Source: Amphiscolops sp. MND2022 (Eukaryota). Taken from it: a stretch of DNA of 64,000 nt. The notes under the pieces are model-generated. The model made no database searches. It was not told where the DNA came from and worked only from the letters and a program-made list of their open reading frames with translations. A program made the translations under genes and the position numbers. Location: positions 43,464,001-43,528,000 of the forward strand of contig OZ076409.1 of NCBI GenBank assembly GCA_964187785.1. The letters run 5' to 3'. Below, piece by piece: positions 23,601 through 35,600 of this stretch (position 1 is the stretch's first letter; each line of letters begins with the position of its first letter).

Positions 23601-26600
23601 TAAGAGACCCGGGTCTTTAGAAGACGAAGATGAGGAAGAGTAACTCGAAGAACTGCAACAAAAGAGCATCATGATCACGTAACAACTGTCAGTCGCCATC
23701 ATAAGGATATAGTGTTTTCCAGAGCAAAAAATTGAAGATTCATCTTTGAAGATCGATCGTTTTGGGGGAAAATTTTCAAAACTAGTGGTCTTGATTTACA
23801 GAAATTTGAAAACATCGAAAGCCGCAAACCTACATTGAGGTGTCTTTGACTGCGTGGTTGTTGAAGTCGACTGCACGTGCAAGAGTCCCCACTGACTTGA
23901 TCGTGGACACAACAGCTCCGATGGCTGCCCCTGACAGCCCATTGTCAGGATTCCACACCAGCTCATCCAACTGCTGCCCTGCTCTGTAATCCTTTTTGAT
24001 TCTACCCGCCTCTCGCTATAATGCAAACCGATCGATATTAAAAACAAACAAGTCAGGAACGGCCCTATTCGGCACCGCACAAGGTTCAAAAAAACGTTTT
24101 TTAGGTATGCAAAGACACTATTGTGGGGACTATATCAAATCTACAGTGCCGGAAAATACCCGAAGAGACACCATAAGGCTCAAAAACCGCTTTTTTCCCA
24201 ACTGGAAACTGAAATTCAAAAAATTTTCTTCCGGAAAAGTCTCATAGTGCTGAAAAAGGAGCTTCAGGCTCGCCAAGAGCTCTTTTCAGGCCAAAAAAAA
24301 TATGAAAGTAAAGGGGTTGGACAATCTTAATTGCTCAAAATTGAACTGTTATTGATTTAAATATGTTATGAACAAACTCATGAAAACTTAAAGTTGACTT
24401 CCTGAATGAAATGATTTCATATCCACTTCAGATCTGTTTGAGTAATTATTCCCGCCAGTCGGTCTAATTAACTCTCTTTTCTCTCAAGAAAAAAACGTTT
24501 TCAGCTTCTAACAGCTTCAATTCAAATAGCTTTAGTTATGGCGAAGCCATTTATGGTCCTGTACCGACCCTGACAGAAACCAGAGATAGTGATTTACACT
24601 ACGCGTGTTCATTAAATTTCTGTTGTTATTATCGAAAAAAATAACTGGTTAGCTAGAAGGACGAAAACTAGAAAACAGTATCGGGAACAATCTCCGACGA
24701 AACAAAGAAACTGACAATTGCTCAAAAACTTCAGTCAATGTCAAAAATCAACCTGGAGAATCAGCTTCAGAGATGGCAAGTGCTTTTAAGCCCAAACCAA
24801 AACGAGCTAAGAAGCCTTCAAGAATCGATCGACATTGCTTCGAAGAAATAGTTTTGGCTCAAATATCTGATGTACAGGCGGAAGAATTCATCAAGGAAAG
24901 TTCTGATTTGATGTCCAAGGCTACATGGGCGATGTCTGAGATAAAGACACAGCTTACAGCTTTGACAGCGGTTTCTACAGCAGCGCCGTTTCACACTGAC
25001 TACACAAGCAGTTTCACAAGCAGTTTCACACTGACTACACAAGCAATATTCGATCTTGTCGGTCACCTAAAGGAACAAGGGATACAGAATGTGCATGTGC
25101 TGGGCATCCTGAAAAGAAGCTGTAAAGCGGATCCCAACAAAACTCGTTCTCAAATGAGTGGAACTTCTAATCCCCCTCTTAGAAGAAGAGACGCATGCAA
25201 GCCAGGTGAAAACGACAGCATCCGCTTGGTCAACGATGCCCTGAGACAGAACGAGGAAGTACACAGGTACAAGTTTGTCGGCGTTGGCGACCTTTGCTCC
25301 AGGTCGTTCTACAAACCTGATGGCGTGCACCTGAACTCCACTGGAGTTTCACGCCTTGCAAAGATCTTAAGGAAGTCGTGCCTCTGATGGTGCGGCCCGT
25401 GGTGTCGTGGTGAGGGGACCTGGCCCAAGCTGCTGCTCCCCCATTGTTCCGCCGCGGGCAACATACTACAGGAGACACTTTTAGGAGCGACACCCAGCCC
25501 GGATGTGTATCTGTGTGTGTGTGCTTCCTCAAGACACGCGTCAAGCCTGCGTCTGATTCACCTGATGACTATCGAAACCAAACCCGGTCCCAAACCCTGG
25601 GAATGCCCGATTTGTTTGAGGAACATCAACGATCGGAAAGAAACAAGCGTTTGGTGCATCTACGGGGGATATGTACACCTGAAATGCACTAACCTGGTTA
25701 GTGAAAAACAAATTCACGGGGATTTCATCTGCGAGAAATGTTCTTGGTGCAGCTTGAACAACATAGAGACGCATACCACTACTTGTGCTGACCCATGCAC
25801 ACAGACCGAGGAGGACCTGGCCTCAGCTGCTGCTCCCCTAAAGTCTTGTGCCTCCGCTTACTCAGACAGTAGTGTGACTGCCGATGAGGACCTGGCCTTA
25901 GCTGCTGCTCCCCAAAAGCAGAACTGCACTCACTGTTACAGCTGCAACCTCAAACTCAAGAATAATCAGCCATACCTACGATGCCAGAAGTGTGAGAACT
26001 GCTGCCACAAACAAGAAAAGTGCAGCAAAATCTCCAGATATGGCTGTCTAACTTCTTGGACCTGTAATGAACATGACGGAAAGACTGCTGAGTCTGATGT
26101 GCCGCAAACCTGAGCAAAGACCGGCGATTGCTGTTCCCGATGCAATGAACCGCTTCGAGTGGGCCAACCAGCACTACAGTGCTCCGCGAAAGATTGCACC
26201 GCTATGTGCCACAAAAAGGAACCCTGTAGTGGCATCGGACGCTACAGCAATGCCCTCTGGAAATGCCCCAGCCATTCTCAAACGATTGCAGGACGCCCCC
26301 TACATACGCTTGGCCAGAGGCCTGCCCCGAGTCTAAACACAAAATGCAAGCTATGTAAAGTCACCATCAAATGTAACATCAGGCCAGTGCAATGTCACGA
26401 GTGCAAAGACTGCTTCCACAAATCCTGCCTCACAAGGCAAGGACATTCAAGGGATGCCGTTGAAGTAATGAACAGTCTGGAAGAATGGATCTGCGACACG
26501 TGCGTCCCCGCCCCGCCAGCTCCAGCGCCGTCGACGACCTCAACGCTGGATGACGCCGTCGAAACCAGCCAACCCTTCAAAGGAATACGAAGAGAAAAAC

Positions 26601-29600
26601 TGAAGGCGTTACACTGGAACGCAGATGGGCTGTCAACCAAATGGCCGGAGCTCAACGAATGCCTCAAGAATGCAGACATTGACATCGCACTAATTCAGGA
26701 AACCAAGTACAAGACCAACACCAAACTTCCTGTTTTCCCAGGCTACGCTCCTATCCGTTATGAGAGGAATGGCGACGGTGGTGGCCTCCTGTGCCTGATC
26801 AAACATGATATCCCTATGTACAAACCCCATTACTGTAAACAAACAGTAGGAGGAGTAGAATCTATTACCTTCAGAGTACGGCTCGAGAAGAGGAAATGGA
26901 TCACCTTCTCTAACGTGTACATTGCCCCCAAACGACAGGGCGGGGAGGAGACAATTTACACAGACCACATCCCTGCGTCTGGACTCTGCTTTAATGCGGG
27001 GGATGTGAATGGGCACTCATTACTGTGGGATCACATTCAAGAGCCTGACAGCAGAGGAGAACGTATCGAGGAGTGGATATCCGACTGCAACTTGCACTGT
27101 GTCAACGACGGATCCCCCACCAGGACAAACAGAGCCACTGGCAATCATAGCACCCCAGACGTTTTCCTCGCTCCGTCACAGTGGCTAAACAAAGTGGGAT
27201 GGACAACCTTGGAGGACATTGGGGGATCTGATCACCTCCCTGGAATGGCCACTATCCACTGCAAGTGGAAATCTGTTGCACCACTAGAGATTAACGAGAT
27301 GGAAAAAAAACGCTGATCTGAGCGCTTTCAGTAAAGCCCTGGACGAAAAATTGAAATGGTGAAACCGCAGAAGACGATCGACAGGATAAAAGCGTTCCAC
27401 GAAGCAGTCATCGCTGCTGCCACTGAGACGGTCCCTAAGACTGCCCCAGGAAAGAAACCAACTTGTCACCTCTCAGCTAGTGTCAAAGCGCAGATAAAAA
27501 CTCGAAACAGACTCCGGCGAAGCATCGGAACAAATAGAAAGGAATGGATAGAAGCCTGTAGAGGCGTACGACAGAAAATCGAAGAGGAGAGACAAAAGAG
27601 CTGGGAGTCATTTGTTCAAGAAACCGAATTCAGCTGCGACCCAAGCAAGCTGTGGAGAGTGTTCCATGCCATTGGTGATTCCTCTCCTCCCACGCAGCCA
27701 AACGAGGCCCTCCTGGTGAATTCAAAGGTGCTCCACAGCGATCGCCAGAAAGCAGATGCGTTCGCCAAGTACTACGCACAACAGAGCAAGCTGACTTTCA
27801 CCAAGGAGGAAAGAGACACCAACAGAGCATCCAAAAAACTCCTACAGACAGCCACCGCGAGCGAAGAAAGCTCTCAAGACTTCACTGAAGCAGAACTGAA
27901 GAGAGGAATGAGACGTATAAGAACTAAGGGCGCAGCAGGCCCGGACGAAATTACTCCTGCCTTTATCAAGGCATTCGGACCGGCAGCCAGGAAAGAACTT
28001 CTCGACCTCTTCAACCGCTCGTGGAACGAAAGTGTCTGTCCACAAGTATGGCGTAACGCCACGATTATTCCCCTCTTGAAGCCAGGGAAGCCGGCATCCG
28101 AAATGTCCTCCTTCCGACCAATTAGTTTGACGTCTTGCATTGCAAAACTATTGGAGCGTCTCATTGCCACAAGGCTGATGCACATAGTTGAATCAAGGAA
28201 ACTGCTCAGCAACGCGCAATGCCGAGGGAGAAGAAATAGATGCTGTGAAGATCTGATACTGAGAATCACGCAAGCCATAAGCAACGGCTTTCAGTGCAAG
28301 AAGCCGAAAAAAACGGTGATGGTTCTGTTTGACTACTCCAAAGCCTTTGACACCGTCTGGAGACAGCAGTTGCTTATTCGACTCGCGAACAAAGGCATTC
28401 CAATGAAGTTTGTCAAGTGGTTTGCCGCCTTCCTAACAAATCGGCAAGCAAAAGTCCTGCTTGGAAGCACGGAGAGCAAGAGTGTTGAGATCAAACAAGG
28501 AGTTCCCCAAGGCTCTGTCGTCGCCCCACTCCTGTTCCTACTCTTCATCGACGACATAACAAAGGATCTGCCGACCAACCATGCCCTGTTCATAGATGAC
28601 CTGTCAATCTGGACAACTGACCACGACAAGCACAAGGCTATCGCGGCCGCTCAAGACGCAATCGACCACATAGCAGCTTGGAGCAGGAAGAATAAGTTAG
28701 GACTGAATCTGTCGAAATGCGAAACAGCAACTTTCTTTTCGGGGAACGCTGATGCGAATTGGAAACCAAGACTCACCCTCGATGGAAAGCCAGTACCGTT
28801 CAACGCGACACCTAAACTAATAGGAGTAAAACTGGACAGAACTCTCAGCTTCGGACCGCATGTTAAAGACGTAACACAAAAGATAGGGAAGAGAACTAAC
28901 CTGCTAAAGGCAGTGGGATCCCGTGAGTGGGGCTGGAAGAAGAAAACGCTTCGGAAAGTGTACGTCGCCACACAGCGCAGTGTCCTAGACTACGCAGGAG
29001 CTGCCTGGCACCCCTACCTCAGCAACACTCAGTTTCAGAAACTGGAAACGGCACAGAATAAAGCTCTGAGAGCTATTACTGGTCAATGTAGCTCGACACC
29101 AATCGAAGCATTGAGACTGGAAAGCGGCATCCCTAGCTACCGGACCCAAAGCAATAGACTCATTGCTGTGTCGCATCAAAAAGCAATCCGCAGAGAACAA
29201 GACCATCCCATGACCTCAGTGCTCCAAGATAAAGTACCACAGAGACTAAAACGAGGAAACTGGTTCACGAAAACAAACAAACTTCGCGAATTCCTACCTC
29301 CCCAAGTTCAATCAGCGAGTAACACCAGTTCAACCCCTCCACCGCCCTGGTCAGGCAAATATAACAACTGGAAGGTGTTTAGTACCGTCCTCGGCCAAAA
29401 CAAGACAGTATCCGCTGATGAAGTGAATGCCCTGATAGATTCCCACAATTGCCCCTTAGTCATCTACACTGATGGATCAGCAAGTGCTGGTATCGAAAAA
29501 GGAGGCTATGCCGCAATCTTCACCAGAGGCACAGCCGCATCCCCGACAGTTGTCAGGTCCATAAAGAAAAGGGGGAGAATGATAACGTCGTCGTATGATG

Positions 29601-32600
29601 AAGAGAAAGCGGCTCTCACAACCTGTTTGGAATATCTCAAGTTTGGAACTACCAACATGACAACAAAGTCCTGATTTGCACGGACAGCCAGTCACTGTGT
29701 AAAGCTGTTGAAAACAGCTCAACAGACACAGTCAGAATCCATCATCTACTTGACTGCTCCGCCAAGAATATTATCATCCAATGGGTTCCAGGGCACACTG
29801 CAATTGCGGGAAATGAGATTGCGGATGAAGAGGCGAAATCGGCAGCTGCCGACCTATCAGCTGAGCCCGAACCCCCATCCCTTGGTGCCGCTCTCTCTTG
29901 CATCAAACGGTCCTTCAAAGACCAGCCGCCCTCCCACCACAGAATCAGGAAGACGTACGCAGGATATTCCGAAAAACGTGAAGATCAGGTGAAATCAAGA
30001 GCTGACGCTACTTTGCTGGCCCAGTTGCGCGCTGGGCATTCCAGGCACCTCAGAGCATACGCAAGCCTGATGGACCCCAGCGTCAACCCTAACTGCCCGT
30101 CATGTGAAGAAGAGGCGCACACTCTTGAACATTGGCTAGACTGCCAATCGACTCTAGCTCTCAGACAAGAGCTACTTGGAGAAACCGAAACCCGGCTGGA
30201 ATGGCTGTCTGAGGAACCCGCCCTGTCATTGACGCTCGCCAAGAAAACACTCTTGGGCGTCAGGCGATAGCAGCCGTCCACACACACACACACACAGCAG
30301 CGCCAGATACGACCGTCAAAAATACAAGTCAGTCCAAGCTACCTCACTTCCTCACTTCAACGGCAATTACGGTGGATGGGCGTCATTCAAAGATCAATTC
30401 GAAACTGCTGTACATAGTCGCAAGCTCTCCAACGTGGAAAAGTAAGTTTATCTTGAAAGTGTGTTCACGGTCCTGCTGATTTGTTGATCAAGAATCTGGC
30501 AACAACTGATAAAAACTATCAAGTTGCACGAAAGATGCTTGAGGATGAGCTTAAGAACGAGCGACTGTACCTCAAGACATTGTTGACGAGAGTTGTAGAC
30601 GGCAAGACAGTTAACGAAGAGAATCTGACACATATACGAGCACTTTATTCAAATTTCAATGAAACAAGTCAATCAATGACAGCACAGGGATGGGTAGTGG
30701 AGAATGGTATGTGGCACCACTTGCTATTCACGAAAACGGACAAAGAGACTCAAAAGGCCTGGCAACGGAAAAACTCTGGCAGTGATTGCTTAAAGTTTGA
30801 CGATCTTTTGAAGTTTCTGGGTAACAAAATCATATCAGAAGCTAGTCTATCATGTTGTACGAAAATTCAGAAAGAGAAACCAATTCCCATCGAAGATAAA
30901 GAACCAAAAGCTTTCAAGTGTTTCTTTGAATCCTGTAATGAGCGTAACGGTCTCATGCAGTGCGAGAAATTCAAGACTGCGTCAATGAAAGATCGCAAAA
31001 ATTTTGTCAGAAAGTCGTCGTTGTGTTTCAATTGCTTACGCAAGGGACAGGTTATCAACGATTGTTCTTAAAAATCAAGGTGTAAACAATGTGATGGCAA
31101 GCATCATACCTTACTTCATGAGACCGAAAAGATTCAAAAAGTACTGAAATGTGATCTACAAGCCAATTCTTGTGATTCGAAAACTGTCTTGCTAACTGCT
31201 GAAGTAAGTGTTCCAGCATCAAATGGTAAAAAAGTGAAACTTCAAGACCTGATCGCACATGTGCTCGCATGAATGTTATCACAGCCAATGCGCAGCAGAA
31301 ACTTGGGTCGAAGATAATGGCGTCATCAGAACGAATTATTGGAGTGAATCAGAGATCTTCAATGCCGGTCAATGGTGAAATCAAAACCACTGTGTATCCA
31401 AAGAAAGGACAGCCTCTCACGTTAAACTGTGTCGTTTTGGACACTATTACTATATGTTTGAATCCAGAGGTAATTTTGCCACCGAAAAATCTTGCAACAA
31501 TTTGATTTGGCCGATCCAAAGTTCGATAAATCAGGAAAAGTGGATCTTCTGCTGGGCGAGGAAATCAACACAAAATAGTTGGTTCATCGATTCGAAAAGA
31601 ACAGAATACTTGTCTCACAGAAACATCTCTGGGGTGGATAATTGGAGGCATTGTGCCTATTTCAGCACAAAAGTCAGCCATCAAACCAGCATTCCTGACA
31701 CAATTGGACAGGAAATGATTTGAGAAAATTTGGCACCTAGAAGATTTACCAACTTACCCTGAAGCAAAGTATTCGCCCAAAGAACTAGAATGACCTGGGA
31801 ACCGCACCTTGGTTGGGACGACGACGTTGGGGCACACATAGGGAAGCTATTTCACCATTGGTTGACTTCATTAAAGCATCTGGATAACCTGGAGATACCT
31901 CGAAACATGACCAAAAATGATAACATTTTGGTCAACTTTGACGATTCGAAACTCGAGCTTCATATCTTTTGTGATGCCAGTGAAAGTGCCTACGGCTTCA
32001 GTATATATGCCCGTATGCCATTAGTAATCGAAAGAGCCTCCTCTTTGATCACAGCAAAATCCAAACTTGCACAGAAAGAACTGGAAACCCTTCCCAGATT
32101 GGAACTGTGTGCCATGAATACCGCGTCAAGGACAACAAAGGCATTTTAGAAGTACTTAGCAAGTTGGGGCTGTACCCACGACTGTATGCCTACAGTGATT
32201 CTACGATTGCACTATCTTGGGTAAAGTCACAGCCATATCGTCTCCAAACCTTTGTCGCCAACGGAGTGGTCACAATACAACAGGTTTTAAAACCTGAAAT
32301 TTGGTATCATGATCCAACAAAGCAAAATCCTGCTGATATCGCTACACACCCCATCGATTCTAAACATCTTTTAGACATGTCCCTCTGGTGGCACGGCCCC
32401 ATTTGGCTGAGCGCTCCTGGGCCCTTAGCACTCCCTGATCAACCCGATATTCTTGATCCAACACTTAAAATCAAGAAATCAAGCCAAACCTTGGTCACAA
32501 ATCAAACGGGCACTTGCAACGATGCGGGGAAAGTAAATATGGCAGCTATATCAGCGTCCACTGATCCGCAGTCAACTAGTGAAGATGACCAAAGTCAGCC

Positions 32601-35600
32601 AATCATCGATATAGAACGATTCAGTAGTCTCCAAAAGTTAATCAACACGATTACGTGGGTTCTGAAATCTGTCATGAAAGTGAGCAGGAAAGTTCGTGAG
32701 CATAATGCAGCACGTAAGGAAGCACTCAATTGCATTGTTCGTCAAGTTCAAAAGGAAGCAATTTTTGACGATATCCAGAGCTTGAATATTAACAATTCAG
32801 TACGAAAAGTTTCGAAAATTTTACAATTATATTTATTCATCGATGAGAATGGAATACTTAAAGTTGGAGGACGTTTAGCAAATACCGAATTGGCAGATGA
32901 TGTCAAGTATCCTATAATTTTGCCGAATAAAGATCCTTTGTCTTCTCTCATACAACGGCACAGTCATCACGAGCTCAAGCCTTGTGGTTTGAATGCAACT
33001 CTAGCTCACGCTCGTCAACATTTTAGGATAATTGGTACCAGACAAATGACACGTCAAATGATAGCCGAATGTATTACTTGCTTCCGGTTTAACTGTAGAG
33101 CTACCAAGCAGTTGATGGGAGATTTGCCGAAAGAAAGAATTACACCATCCCCGCCATTCTCACACGTTGGAATTGACCTTACTGGCTCAATTTTGATCAA
33201 AGAGCAGAAAACGCAATTGAAATGCTACGTGATTGTATTTGTTTGCTTCGTTTGGACATCGTGCGATCACTGAGTACTCCAGACTGTTTACAAGCAATCA
33301 GAGGATTCATTTCCAGAAGAGGATGCCCGAAACAAACCTATTCAGACAATGCAAAGAATTTCATTGGCTCACTGAATGAACTAATCAAGTGGAAGAAACT
33401 TCTCCAAGAGAAGTATGCAGATTCTTTGCCTGAAGCGGTTCTCAACTTTGGTGTGAATTGGGTAACGATCCCTGCACGAGCTCCTAGTTTTGGTCTTTGG
33501 GAATCTAGTATCAAATCCACGAAATTATTATTGAGGAAAACAATTGGCAAATCAACAAGTCTCAAGATGGATGAATTTTATACAAATATTCGCAAGATTG
33601 AAGGAATTTTGAATTCTCGCCCTGTTACATCCTTTGCAGATGACCCGAAGGACTTCATGCCACTCACACCTGCTATGTTGATCAATGGATTCAATGTTTC
33701 ACAACCACCTTTAGTAGTTGAACCTGTGAGATACCTCCCTAATGAAGAATGTCCTGAAAACGCTTCAAATACGTCAGCAAGTTCATTACTGATTTTTGGA
33801 AACAGTGGTCAAAGGAATACTTAACGCTGCAAATTAGAACAAAAAACAAAACGGAACACCCTAACCTTTCTAATGGCGATTTTGTTTATACCACAGAGGA
33901 CAACCTACCTCCGCTACACTGGCCTATCGGAGTGATTGAAAATGTATACACTGGAAATGATAATCTGGTACGTGTAGCCAAAGTCAAAACATCAGAGAAG
34001 AAATCAGTCATTAGAGCTATTACAAAGCTACGCAAACTACCCATCAAAAGAACCAACCTCAATCCTCAAGTGCCTTTCCAACGACGAATCCCTCCTCTTC
34101 TTGACCCTGCTGCTCCTGGACCCTTCTCTTTTTCGCAGCTTGAGTAGCCTGCCAGTCACCCTTCCTATCGCGTTTCCCGTCACTCCTCTTGGCACACTTG
34201 GGAAGTCGATGCTTTCGAGGAGCTCTGGGCTTTTTTCGGGCCTTGGAGGCTGATTCTCCTTACTCTCTTCTATATCTCTTCGGAGATCTTCAGCCCCCTC
34301 TGGCAACCACTCGGATTCAGCAACAGCAGACACAAAATTCTTCTTTTCTTTTGAGGAAGGATTATGTCGCGATGCCAGTACTTGTCTCAGAACCGATTCA
34401 TTCGTCATCTGAAAGTATTTTGACAAGAGTCAAGGGGGGCGACATAATGGACAATCCTAATTGCTCAAAATTGAACTGTTATTGATTTAAATATGTTATG
34501 AACAAACTCATGAGAACTTAATGTCTCCAAAGGGTCCCTCCTTCAATTTTTGATATTTTGCAACAGAATGGACGTTCAAAAAATCCCAAAGGGCCCCCTC
34601 TTTCACATTTTTCGGCACTATGCGACTTACCGGAGACTTCAAAAAAAATTTCGAAGAAAAATTCGGTAAAACTTTTTCTCAATATTGTTTTCATTATTTC
34701 GACATAGTGCGACTTCTTTTAGACAAAAAAATTTCCGCAAAAGTTCCGCCTTCATTTTTTCTGGAGTTTTGCGGCAGAATGGATATTGAAAAATACCAAA
34801 ACGTCCCCCTTTCAGTTTTTTTCGGAATTGTGAGACTTTTCTTCAATTTTGTTTTTCAGCAAAGGGCCCCCCTTCAATTTTTTGATGATTTGCGACAGAA
34901 GTGATGAAAAATGTCAAAGCGTTCCCCTGGCGCCCCAATCCGGTCCAACTTTTGAGGTGCTTTAGAAGAGAATACTTGACACTTTGAAGTCCTTTTGCCA
35001 TTTCTGAGCCTTAGATATGGCGCCGACTTGGGCCGTTCCCGGCTTGTTTTTTCTTCGAAGAGCGCCGACTAAAACGATGGCAACGCAAACGTTTAAAAAT
35101 CAATGTTCTCAACGTTCGAAAATCAGTGGTATTTTAGTCGGCGTTTTTGAAGTAGAGGTTTTTTCAAAAAAATCGAGCAGTCAGGTTTTTGCAAAACTGC
35201 CCAAAATACTAAAATACTAGCTGCCTTCATCCCAAAAACATTTGAGATATATAACGTAACAAAGTATAACGTAAAAAAATTTGGATATTATCAAATGCCC
35301 CCCTCCCCCGTATAGAAAACGAAAGCAACCCAAAGGTTCCACTACGGGACTTGGACTTTTATCGGCAGCGAAATTTTTAAATTTAACTACTAAGTTAATT
35401 CGAAGAGTTAACGCATTTCGAGCGTTGAGCCTACTTGGGCATATCCCGGCTTCTTACACTGTCGATTCAGCACAACATGAATGATTAAAATCATTAACAC
35501 TATTTATAGCACAAAGATCGCATGACTCCGATGAAAGTTTTAGTGAAACTCATTTCGATAAATGAAGTTAAGACTATCGATTTTCATAACCAACTTACAG

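Larger units (their letters stand above)
24988..30293 (+). mobile_element. Ingi/I-group-like LINE: SGNH esterase fragment, 2A-like motif, four PHD-like fingers, APE, RT, RNase H, C-terminal Zn knuckle, (CA)n tail
   Basis: 11-bp TSD ACAGCAGCGCC (24977-24987, 30294-30304). Motifs [57 protein letters not shown]...GNEIAD; CPSC...EHW..C. A few frameshifts. Confidence 0.92.
24315..34520 (+). mobile_element. BEL/Pao LTR retrotransposon, degenerate, RT deleted, interrupted by a LINE, 3' LTR truncated
   Basis: LTR sequence TGGACAATC.TAATTGCTCAAAATTGAACTG at ~24318 and ~34448; PBS-like TGGTCCTG at 24554; G-rich PPT at ~34432-34440; gag [18 protein letters not shown] and LCFNCLRKG; Pao RNase [35 protein letters not shown]; integrase SDNAKNF, WESSIKS. 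Confidence 0.9.

Noticed and set aside
24988..24993. GTTTCA at the 5' end of the Ingi-like LINE as a leader remnant
   Set aside because: Only 6 nt, part of a local tandem repeat and not followed by an ATG; chance cannot be excluded.
34037..34426. 129-aa minus-strand ORF
   Set aside because: Antisense to the BEL 3' region, no recognisable motif, and not needed in the MTA exon chain.
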